DNA of 51,556 nt from Candidatus Niyogibacteria bacterium (GTDB lineage Bacteria; Patescibacteriota; Minisyncoccia; JACROR01), in assembly GCA_016214345.1 (NCBI GenBank), contig JACROR010000025.1:1-51556 (forward strand), in the 5' to 3' direction. Below the pieces are notes generated by a model that had not been told where the DNA came from, searched no databases, and saw only the letters and a program-made list of their open reading frames with translations. Shown piece after piece: positions 1-7,408 of this stretch. The translations under genes were made by a program, and so were the position numbers. Each line of letters begins with the position of its first letter. Within the stretch, counting starts at the first letter, position 1.

Positions 1-128
1 GCAATGTATTTGTTTTTTGCGTTTTTATTTAATTATATGTTCAAAATTTTTTGGGCTCATAAATCCGATAAGAATATAATTGAATAAATACAAAAATATT
101 GCCATCTCTGGGTGAGGGGGTCAAATAT

Positions 129-158
129 AAATCCCCCGCTTTGTAAGCAGGGGATTTT
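129..158 (-). terminator. putative terminator hairpin downstream of CDS 173..1552
   Basis: Imperfect GC hairpin (atcccccgc / gcaggggat, about 130-156) lies immediately 3' of the minus-strand stop. An A/T-rich tract follows on the minus strand. Confidence 0.35.
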
Positions 159-172
159 GAGAGATTTCGGAG

Positions 173-1552
173 TTATTCCGATTTCTCGGTGGTTTCAGGC
201 ACGATCGTGACCTGTGCCGTTTCGGGCTTTCTTTCTTCCATGGGCGTCATGCCGGGAAGGAGGATGCCTTCGGCGCGCGCGAGCCTTTGCAACGGAACCT
301 TGATCACGGGCAGGAAGTTCTGGGTGAACTGTTCCCACGGCAATGCCCGTTTATAGGCGATTTCGGGGATGAGCTTGCCGGCTTCTCCCACGACCTCCAT
401 GATCTGGACACGGCCGTCAGCGTTTCTCCGCGCGAGGAACGCTCCGAAAACGGTGTATCCTGTTGCCCGGTTGAGGAACCTGTCTATGGGCACATAGAAG
501 GTGCCGGCATCGCCTTCGTTCGCCCGTGTGAGCGTGATGTCGGCTTTGGCCGCAAGCGCCTCGCGGTGCTTTTCGGCTTCGGCTTTGCGGTCTTCGCGGC
601 GGCGCTTTTGGGCTTCCATGTGTTCCTGGTCCGTTTGGACCAGTTTTTTGAGAAGTCCGGGGATGCTGTCCGTGTTGTCCACGGAAAATTCCCTGAAGCA
701 GCCGTGCTTGGAGAGTAGCGATTCCACGCGCTCCGAGGTCGGTTCGGTAACCTTGGCGGTTTTGCCGTCGCTTTCTATGACGAAAGCTCCCAGCTCATAC
801 CGTCCGTCGCGGTCGCGTACCACGACGATCATGGATCCTGCCTGGCCGGTTACAAGTTCTCCGTAGGAGATCTTGTCGTTGCGGTCAAACAGACGCTGTT
901 TGGCGGCCTTTTCTTCCTGAATGCGGGCCTGGAAGGCGGCTTTTTCGGCTTCCTTCTTTTCGGCGTAGATCCGGTGAACCTCAATGGAGATCATTTTGTC
1001 GATGCGTCCGGTAAGGCCGTTGGCTTCGTCAAAATAAATCTCCTTCTTTTCTTTGCCCTCCATCGGGATGACGAAGTAAAGAGAAGATCGCGAGTCGCCG
1101 GTCTGCGTCAGAGCGCCGTGTTCGCGCGCTGAGGCGGCGAGTTTCAGGATGATCGGCCAGTCGGCTTTGCCGCCTTTCACCGTTTTTAGGCTCTGTAAGA
1201 ACAGCAGTTTTTTGGCTGTGTTCCCGACAGCGGGTGCCGTGCCGTGGCTGGCCTTGTTCATCTCCCGCTCCAGTTGTTCAACTAAGCCGAGGAGTTCAGG
1301 ATTCTCTTCCAGGTTGGGAAGAGCTATTGCCTGATTGATGGCTTCGTCAGCCGCGACAGACAGCCTTTCCTGCTGTTTCTTTTCCGCCACGGTCTGGTCG
1401 TGGCTTGCGGCCTTTTCCTTGATCTTCGCGGTAAGCTGTTCTACCGTGGAGATGCGTTTCTCCGTTTTGGAGACAGTTTGCTTGGCAATTTCTTTGAGCA
1501 CTCCTTCAGCGCCCAAGTCTTTGATATCGCCTAGCCCTAATCTTTTTCCCAT
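173..1552 (-). CDS. hypothetical protein, Ala/Glu/Arg/Lys-rich with coiled-coil-like stretches; compositionally atypical (GC-rich)
   Basis: 459-aa ORF. AGGAGG (complement of 1561-1566) sits 8 nt upstream of the ATG. No family motif recognised. The long antisense ORFs in the track are by-products of the high GC. Confidence 0.6.
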   Translation of the reverse strand: MGKRLGLGDIKDLGAEGVLKEIAKQTVSKTEKRISTVEQLTAKIKEKAASHDQTVAEKKQQERLSVAADEAINQAIALPNLEENPELLGLVEQLEREMNKASHGTAPAVGNTAKKLLFLQSLKTVKGGKADWPIILKLAASAREHGALTQTGDSRSSLYFVIPMEGKEKKEIYFDEANGLTGRIDKMISIEVHRIYAEKKEAEKAAFQARIQEEKAAKQRLFDRNDKISYGELVTGQAGSMIVVVRDRDGRYELGAFVIESDGKTAKVTEPTSERVESLLSKHGCFREFSVDNTDSIPGLLKKLVQTDQEHMEAQKRRREDRKAEAEKHREALAAKADITLTRANEGDAGTFYVPIDRFLNRATGYTVFGAFLARRNADGRVQIMEVVGEAGKLIPEIAYKRALPWEQFTQNFLPVIKVPLQRLARAEGILLPGMTPMEERKPETAQVTIVPETTEKSE

Positions 1553-1761
1553 GGTCGTATCCTCCTGCGTTTCGTTAAGAAAGTTTTGTCCGCCGGCTGG
1601 CGAACACCAAAAGTTACCCTAGAGAACCGGTCATTACCTCCTTTCAATAATATAAAGTTTTAAAGTTACTTAACTCTGTTTGGCCATATATTACACTATC
1701 GTCTTATAAAAGTCAAGGTCTGGCTTGCCAGTACGGCGCATAGCTGTATAATAAGGAGATT

Positions 1762-3630
1762 ATGAATATGAAAGATTTGAAAAACTTTTCTTTTAGTAAA
1801 AATATATTGGTCGCGACGCTTATTTTTTTAATTTTAGCGACGACTTATTCGCTGTTTGCCGGAGAATTTAAAAAGATTCCGGAAATTTCCTTTTCCGAGT
1901 TAGTGGCGAAAATTCAGGCCAGTGAAGTGGAAAAAGTAGCCATTCAGGGAAGCGATTTGAATGTTTCGCTCAAAGACGGAGGTCAAGCAACCGCCAAAAA
2001 AGAGAGCGAAGCGGCATTTTCGGAAATTTTGCTTAATTACGGAGTTAGCCGCGAAAAGATCGCGTCTTTGAATATTGTAATTCAGGAGCCGTCCGGTTTT
2101 TGGTTTTGGATGGGGACCATTTTGCCTTTTGCTTTGCCGTTTATTTTGATCGTGGTTTTCTTTTGGCTGGCGGCCAGGCAAGTTTCGCGCGCCAATGTCC
2201 AGGCTTTTACTTTTGGTCAGTCCAAGGCGAGGATGGTTATGCCCGATGACGGTAAAGATCGCGTAAGTTTCAAGGATGTGGCCGGAGTGAAAGAAGCGAA
2301 AGAGGAGCTGATGGAGATAGTTGATTTTTTGAAAAATCCCAAGAAATTTTTGGATATTGGCGCGCGCATTCCCAAGGGCGTGCTTTTGATGGGCCCTCCC
2401 GGGTCCGGCAAAACGCTTTTGGCGCGGGCGGTGGCGGGCGAGGCGCACGTGCCGTTTTTGCATATTTCCGGATCGGAATTCGTGGAGATGTTCGTGGGCG
2501 TGGGCGCGTCCCGGGTGCGGGATACTTTCAGTTTGGCGAAAAAATCCGCGCCGTCCATTATTTTTATTGATGAATTAGACGCCATTGGCCGACATCGCGG
2601 AGCGGGATTGGGCGGCGGGCATGACGAGCGGGAGCAAACCTTAAATCAGATTTTGGTGGAATTGGATGGCTTTGAGCCGCATGAAAAAGTGATAGTGATG
2701 GCGGCGACCAACCGGCCGGATATTTTGGACCCCGCGCTTTTGCGTCCCGGAAGATTTGACCGGAGGATCGTGGTTGACCTGCCGGATTTAAGCGGCAGGG
2801 AAGAGATTTTAAAAATCCACGCGCGAAAAAAGCCGTTGGCAAAGGATATTAATTGGCATACGATTGCCGAGCACACTCCCGGGCTTTCGGGGGCCGATCT
2901 GCAAAATATCGTGAATGAAGCGGCGATCTTGGCGGCGCGGGAGAACCGCAAAGAAGTAACCCAGCGGGATGTTTTGAATTCCATAGAAAAGGTTTTATTG
3001 GGTCCGGAAAGAAAAAGCCACATACTTTCTAAAAAAGAAAAAAGGATTTCCGCGTATCACGAAGCGGGGCACGCGCTGGTTGCGACCGTTTTGCCTCACG
3101 CCGATCCGGTGCACAAGGTTTCCATTGTTTCGCGGGGTCGCGCCGCCGGATATACCATGAAGTTGCCGGCGGAAGACAGGCATTTGTATTCGCGCGCGCA
3201 TTTTTTGGCGGAGCTCGCGGTTTCCGTGGGAGGTTACGCTTCCGAGAAAGAGATTTTTCATGAAATCACGACCGGAGCTTCCGATGATTTGCGCAGAGCT
3301 TCGGATATGGCGCGAGCCTTGGTGACGAAATACGGCATGTCCGAAAAGATCGGGCCCGTGGCTTTTGGCGGTGACGACGAGTTGGTTTTTTTGGGCAAAG
3401 AATTGGGGCACGCTAAAAATTATTCCGAAGAAGTTGCCGCTCTGATAGACCGAGAAGTGAGCCGTCTGATGCAAGACGCCTTTAAGACGGCCACGAAAAA
3501 AATAAAAGAGCATAAAAAAGCGCTGGACGCGATTGCCGATTATCTCACTGAAAAAGAAACCATAGAGCGCGCGGATTTTGATAATTTAATCGCTTCTGTC
3601 GGTTTGAAAGTTAAAAAAGAGCAAATATAA
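1762..3630 (+). CDS. ftsH: ATP-dependent zinc metalloprotease FtsH
   Basis: 622 aa with N-terminal TM segments. Walker A GPPGSGKT, Walker [32 protein letters not shown], zinc site HEAGHA. AGGAG RBS at 1754-1758. Confidence 0.95.
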   Translation: MNMKDLKNFSFSKNILVATLIFLILATTYSLFAGEFKKIPEISFSELVAKIQASEVEKVAIQGSDLNVSLKDGGQATAKKESEAAFSEILLNYGVSREKIASLNIVIQEPSGFWFWMGTILPFALPFILIVVFFWLAARQVSRANVQAFTFGQSKARMVMPDDGKDRVSFKDVAGVKEAKEELMEIVDFLKNPKKFLDIGARIPKGVLLMGPPGSGKTLLARAVAGEAHVPFLHISGSEFVEMFVGVGASRVRDTFSLAKKSAPSIIFIDELDAIGRHRGAGLGGGHDEREQTLNQILVELDGFEPHEKVIVMAATNRPDILDPALLRPGRFDRRIVVDLPDLSGREEILKIHARKKPLAKDINWHTIAEHTPGLSGADLQNIVNEAAILAARENRKEVTQRDVLNSIEKVLLGPERKSHILSKKEKRISAYHEAGHALVATVLPHADPVHKVSIVSRGRAAGYTMKLPAEDRHLYSRAHFLAELAVSVGGYASEKEIFHEITTGASDDLRRASDMARALVTKYGMSEKIGPVAFGGDDELVFLGKELGHAKNYSEEVAALIDREVSRLMQDAFKTATKKIKEHKKALDAIADYLTEKETIERADFDNLIASVGLKVKKEQI

Positions 3631-3637
3631 AATAAAT

Positions 3638-3709
3638 GGATGCGTAGCTCAACGGCAGAGCATCGAGCTTATACCTCGGTGGTTCCAGGTTCGAATCCTG
3701 GCGCATCCA
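3638..3709 (+). tRNA. tRNA-Ile, anticodon UAU
   Basis: Hand-folded 72-nt cloverleaf. Acceptor GGATGCG/CGCATCC, D arm GCTC..GAGC, anticodon arm TCGAG-CTTATAC-CTCGG (anticodon TAT), T arm CCAGG-TTCGAAT-CCTGG, discriminator A. No encoded CCA. Confidence 0.85.
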
Positions 3710-3745
3710 CAACATTTGTTTTTATTTCCGAGTGAATACAGATTA

Positions 3746-3826
3746 TACGAAGTATACCTTACGAAGTATACCTCGGTGCCTGCCTGCCGGTAGGCAGGGT
3801 TCCAGGTTCGAATCCTAGTGCGCCCA
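3746..3826 (+). pseudogene. truncated copy of the tRNA-Ile 3' half carrying a 20-bp palindrome insertion
   Basis: 14-bp tandem repeat tacgaagtatacct x2 (3746-3773). Then cctcggtg + cctgcctgccggtaggcagg (3779-3798) + gttccaggttcgaatcctagtgcgccca. This mirrors tRNA-Ile nt 36-72 with 3 substitutions. No 5' half is present. Confidence 0.6.
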
Positions 3827-3866
3827 TAAATATGCAAAAAGCCGCATTTTATCGCGACTTTTTGTA

Positions 3867-3894
3867 TTGACTTATATGGCTTATATTCTATCAT
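3867..3894 (+). promoter_or_regulatory. candidate sigma70-like promoter for the proteasome operon
   Basis: TTGACT (3867-3872), 16-nt spacer, TATCAT (3889-3894), about 55 nt upstream of ATG 3951. Hexamer match only. Confidence 0.35.
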
Positions 3895-3950
3895 TTAAAG
3901 TAAATCGCTTTTTGACATTTGTATAAAACAATACGCGCTGACAGGAGGTA

Positions 3951-4154
3951 ATGATTATGGAAGAATTAATGGTTGCGTTGCGGGAATTGCTGGACGGGGG
4001 ACTTAATTTGTTGCAAGGCAGAATGACTAAAATTCAAAAAGAACGCATACGCAAATTTTTGGCTGACGCACGGGAACTTTTGGAAAAAATATCTGTTCGC
4101 GCCGCGGAATCACAGAATTTTGATGTTGCGCAGAAAAAAATATTGAACAACTGA
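3951..4154 (+). CDS. heptad-rich 67-aa ORF; probably the N-terminal coiled coil of the Mpa-like ATPase, detached by a -1 frameshift at an A7 run
   Basis: AGGAGG at 3943-3948. Helical heptad-like sequence. The downstream frame is already open from 4124 and continues the coiled coil (NIEQLTADISQLTADLEKA). Confidence 0.5.
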   Translation: MIMEELMVALRELLDGGLNLLQGRMTKIQKERIRKFLADARELLEKISVRAAESQNFDVAQKKILNN

Positions 4155-4183
4155 CCGCCGACATTTCGCAATTAACCGCTGAT

Positions 4184-4987
4184 TTGGAAAAAGCCAGAAC
4201 CACGATAGGCGGCAAGGTTGCCACCATGGAACAATTATATAAAGAAATACTTCGTTTAAGGGCGCTTATAGAGCCGCCCTTAAGTTACGGATATTTCGTC
4301 CGCGTGTCGCCCGAAGTGGTTCGCGGAGTGGATCCTATTTTGGGCGAACCCGAGCCGATTAAGGTGGATATTTATGAACCGCACGGAAAATTAATTACGG
4401 TAAATTTAAATCCTGCCATAAATGTTGCTTTGTTGCGGGTCGGACAACGGTTGCGGCTTTCTCCGCAGGGCAATGTGATGACAGTCTTAAATGAATTCGC
4501 GAATTTGGGAGTTACCGCCACGGTGGCTGATGTTTTGGGCAAATTGGTGCTGGTGAATTCTTCCATGGATGAACAGCGTCTTTTACAGGTCGCGGCCAAT
4601 GTAGATGCCACGCAGATCAAATCCGGTTCCAAGATTCTTTACGATCCGATTACGAATATGATTGTCGCCATACTTCCCAAAGAAGAAAAGAGCAGTTTGC
4701 AGATGGAAGAGGTTAAGGCGGTTACTTATAACAGTATAGGCGGCATGGCGGAACAAATCGCTCAATTTGAGGAAAATATAGTTTTTCCGCGGCTTTATCC
4801 GGCCATTTTTCAAAAGTACCAGACCGACGTGCCCAAGGGCGCCGCTTTTTACGGCCCTCCGGGTTGCGGCAAGACTCTTTTGGCAAGAGCCGCGGCTTAC
4901 CGCATAAAACAAGGCGATAAAAAAGTGGTAATTTTCGTGGCGAGCGGTTCGGAATTTCTCGTTAAATGGGTGGGTGATTCCGAGTAA
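4184..4987 (+). CDS. mpa: proteasome-associated AAA ATPase (Mpa/ARC-like), N-terminal part: coiled coil, OB region, Walker A
   Basis: The coiled coil ends in PPLSYGYFVRV (compare Mpa PPSGYGVLL), followed by a double OB-like region and Walker A GPPGCGKT. The ORF ends at in-frame TAA 4985-4987 within the conserved KWVGDSE-x-KVRE segment. The track start is TTG; the first ATG is at 4226. Confidence 0.85.
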   Translation: MEKARTTIGGKVATMEQLYKEILRLRALIEPPLSYGYFVRVSPEVVRGVDPILGEPEPIKVDIYEPHGKLITVNLNPAINVALLRVGQRLRLSPQGNVMTVLNEFANLGVTATVADVLGKLVLVNSSMDEQRLLQVAANVDATQIKSGSKILYDPITNMIVAILPKEEKSSLQMEEVKAVTYNSIGGMAEQIAQFEENIVFPRLYPAIFQKYQTDVPKGAAFYGPPGCGKTLLARAAAYRIKQGDKKVVIFVASGSEFLVKWVGDSE

Positions 4988-5038
4988 AAAGTTCGTGAGC
5001 CCGCCGAATACGCCAAAGCTCATCCGGATATCATAGTT

Positions 5039-5776
5039 TTGTATGTGGTGGATGAGATTGACGCGGTGTGCCGCACCAGGGGATCAAGCGGACATGCCGG
5101 AGTGAACGATTCCATTGTTACGCAATTCAATAGTTTGCTTGACGGTTTTGTGGAGATACCGAATTTAATTTTCATCGGCATTACCAACCGGTTGGATTTG
5201 CTGGACAGTTCGCTTTTGCGTCCCGGGCGCATGGATCTTCAATTAAAGATTCCTCGGCCTGATCGCAAGGGCGCCAAGGAAATTCTGAAAATTTATTTGC
5301 GGCCGGATTTGCCTTTTCACGCCAAATATTTTAACGCGTTGAAATATCCCGATTTAAGCAGTCCTGAAACCGTCGTAGGTTATTTGATTGAAAAGACGCT
5401 GGATCACATCTATGGAGAAGTTGGTCCGAATGATGAGCGTCGCCGCAAAATCGCGACCATTGAATTTTTGGATACGGAAATGAGGCAGACGCTTTATATG
5501 GGCGATCTTATTTCCGGAGCCGTATTAAAGAGCATAGCCAATCGCGCGAAATTAACTGCCGCGTTGGCGGAGAAAAACGGAAAATCTGCCGGCGTGCGCT
5601 TAAAATATTTGCATGACGCGGTAGACGAAGTATTCCGCACGGTGCGCGACCAGATAAGCAAGAGCGGTCCGGAAGAATGGGCGCGAATGGCCGACCTGCC
5701 GTTAGATAAGCCATTTAGAGTTATAGCCGAAAAAGATGATAATGACCCTGACAGCGGCTATAGTCGTACGGCGTAA
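5039..5776 (+). CDS. mpa: proteasome-associated AAA ATPase (Mpa/ARC-like), C-terminal part: Walker B, SRH, lid
   Basis: Same frame as 4184..4987, and the frame is open from 4988. Walker B VLYVVDEIDA, CRTRGSSG, ITNRLDLLDSSLLRPGRMDLQLKIPRPD. These align closely to my recollection of Mpa. Confidence 0.85.
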   Translation: MYVVDEIDAVCRTRGSSGHAGVNDSIVTQFNSLLDGFVEIPNLIFIGITNRLDLLDSSLLRPGRMDLQLKIPRPDRKGAKEILKIYLRPDLPFHAKYFNALKYPDLSSPETVVGYLIEKTLDHIYGEVGPNDERRRKIATIEFLDTEMRQTLYMGDLISGAVLKSIANRAKLTAALAEKNGKSAGVRLKYLHDAVDEVFRTVRDQISKSGPEEWARMADLPLDKPFRVIAEKDDNDPDSGYSRTA

Positions 5777-5795
5777 GTATTGACTTAGCATTAGT

Positions 5796-5826
5796 AAACT
5801 CTCATCATATGATGAGAGTTTTTTGG
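5796..5826 (+). terminator. rho-independent terminator-like hairpin between the ATPase and the Dop-like gene
   Basis: Perfect 20-bp palindrome ctctcatcatatgatgagag (5799-5818), extended by aaa/ttt and followed by a T-run. Confidence 0.55.
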
Positions 5827-5857
5827 TCTTTGAAATACGAAATAGACAGGAGGAATT

Positions 5858-7408
5858 ATGGCTTTGAGCAGTATTTTCGGTACGGAACATGAATACGGTA
5901 TTTTTGCGCCTGACGTAAAAAAATCCGGAGAAAATTATTATATGGCATCAAGACAGGTGTCATACGATATTGTGCGTTTAGGGGCGGATGTTATCGGCGG
6001 ATCAAACAGACAAGGCAGCCTGCCTATCTCCATGGAATCGCTTTTGCGGGAATATGGCTGGGATGCCAAGGATTTCATTGGCGGCAGAGATGTCGCTGAC
6101 GCGTTGCGTTATATAGGCGGTAGCGGCTATATGCTTTGGAACGGAGCGAGGTTTTATGTTGACGCAGGTCATCCGGAATATTCCACTCCGGAATGCAGTA
6201 CGGCTTACGAGCTTTTAGTCGCTGAAAAAGCGGGAGAGAGGATTGTGGAAGCGGCGGGAAAAAAAGCCGAAGGTTTAATGGGTCGTAGAATTTATCTGCA
6301 CAAAGATAATTCCGATCGCCACGGCCATAGTTACGCGGCGCATGAAAATTATCTGGTAACTCCGAAATTGTTTGATTTGCTGGCGCGCGCCGAAGCGTCC
6401 GGTATTTTTAACGCCTGGATTAATTTTTTGGTTACCCGGCAAATTTGGGCCGGAGCAGGGAAGGCAGGGTCTGATTTTGGCGATGAGGCAATTTTTCAAT
6501 TGTCCCAGCGCGCGGAGTTTTTTTCTCGGATCAGTTCGTTAAATACCATGCAATACAGGGGGATTGTTAACACCAGAGATAATTCTTACGCGGACGATTC
6601 ATCGCATAAACGTTTGCATGTCATTTTGGGCGATGCCAATATGTGTGATGTGGCGATTTTTTTGAAAGTCGGCGTGACCGCCTTGTTTCTCAAAATGTTG
6701 GAAGACGATTTTTTCGCGGAGCATAAAACTTTTTTGACGGAGCCGTTACGCTCTCCCTTAGAAGTTCTTCACGATATATCGGTTGACGCGGAAATGCGTA
6801 AAAAATTTTTGTTGCGGAACGAAAAACGTATCGGCGCGTTGGAGGCGCAGGAAGAAGTTTTACGGCTAATCAAAGAATACGGCGGACAAAACCTTTCTTT
6901 ATTAAACGACACGGAAAGAAAGGTGGCGGAACATTTTGAGGAGGTGATTATTCGTTTAAGGCGCGATCCATCTTCGCTTTACGGATGGCTGGATCACATT
7001 ACCAAGCGCGCGATAATCGCGCGGCAGCTTAATCGTTTGGGCAAAGATGCGGGCGATCCGCTCGCGGTGCGTTTGGATTTTCTCTATCACGATATAAACC
7101 GCTCCGCCGGGCTTTTTTATAAGCTCTGCGACGCGGGGCAGATTGTGCAAGTCGCGCAAGAAATTGATGTGATAAGGGCTATGACGGAACCTCCTGAAAC
7201 CACGCGGGCGTGGTTACGCAGCCAAATTTTGAAAAAATTTCACGGCTCTTACGGGCGTTGGAATTTTCTCAATGTGAAAATATCGGATGGCTGGCAAGGG
7301 CTGGTATTGGATAATCCTTCCGCGGGTAGCCGGCAAATGTGTGAAAAATTATTGGAAAAATCGCGTACGGCGGAAGATTTTTTTAAGTTGTGGAAGGAGG
7401 AAAAGTGA
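5858..7408 (+). CDS. dop: Pup ligase/deamidase family protein, Dop-like (long insert after the first strand)
   Basis: 516 aa. FGTEHEYG, NGARFYVDAGHPEYSTPEC, HENYLV, LVTRQIWAGAGK, INTRD, RLHVILGDANM. There are about 85 aa between TEHEYG and NGARFY, as in Dop. AGGAGG RBS. Confidence 0.8.
   Translation: MALSSIFGTEHEYGIFAPDVKKSGENYYMASRQVSYDIVRLGADVIGGSNRQGSLPISMESLLREYGWDAKDFIGGRDVADALRYIGGSGYMLWNGARFYVDAGHPEYSTPECSTAYELLVAEKAGERIVEAAGKKAEGLMGRRIYLHKDNSDRHGHSYAAHENYLVTPKLFDLLARAEASGIFNAWINFLVTRQIWAGAGKAGSDFGDEAIFQLSQRAEFFSRISSLNTMQYRGIVNTRDNSYADDSSHKRLHVILGDANMCDVAIFLKVGVTALFLKMLEDDFFAEHKTFLTEPLRSPLEVLHDISVDAEMRKKFLLRNEKRIGALEAQEEVLRLIKEYGGQNLSLLNDTERKVAEHFEEVIIRLRRDPSSLYGWLDHITKRAIIARQLNRLGKDAGDPLAVRLDFLYHDINRSAGLFYKLCDAGQIVQVAQEIDVIRAMTEPPETTRAWLRSQILKKFHGSYGRWNFLNVKISDGWQGLVLDNPSAGSRQMCEKLLEKSRTAEDFFKLWKEEK

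Noticed and set aside
287-1622. Long plus-strand ORFs (287..718, 501..866, 1149..1334, 1335..1622) antisense to CDS 173..1552
   Set aside because: They lie entirely inside the longer minus-strand ORF, which has a good RBS. They are Ser/Arg/Ala/Cys-rich and low in complexity, as expected for antisense frames of GC-rich coding DNA.
1725-1752. TTGCCA-16 nt-TATAAT promoter-like hexamers upstream of ftsH
   Set aside because: The -10 hexamer ends 1 nt before the AGGAG RBS and 9 nt before the ATG. A transcript started there would lack the Shine-Dalgarno sequence, so the match may be fortuitous and I did not report it as a feature.
1900-3513. Minus-strand ORFs inside ftsH (1900..2463, 2217..2585, 2646..3023, 2995..3513) and similar antisense ORFs inside recG, pepN, guaB, metY-like, pilB and others
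   Set aside because: They are fully nested in longer ORFs with unambiguous family motifs. They have biased composition and no translation signals.
3649-3894. 81-aa minus-strand ORF
   Set aside because: It runs through tRNA-Ile and its truncated copy. It has no RBS, and part of its sequence is the translated T-arm repeat (IRTWN twice).
4985-4987. Reassignment of TAA as a sense codon, or UGA as Gly (code 25), as a genome-wide explanation for the broken ATPase
   Set aside because: TAA terminates many well-delimited genes here (ftsH, pepN, prcB, prcA, pup). TGA terminates dop, pafA and pilB at the expected protein ends. The standard bacterial code fits the whole window, so any recoding would have to be site-specific.
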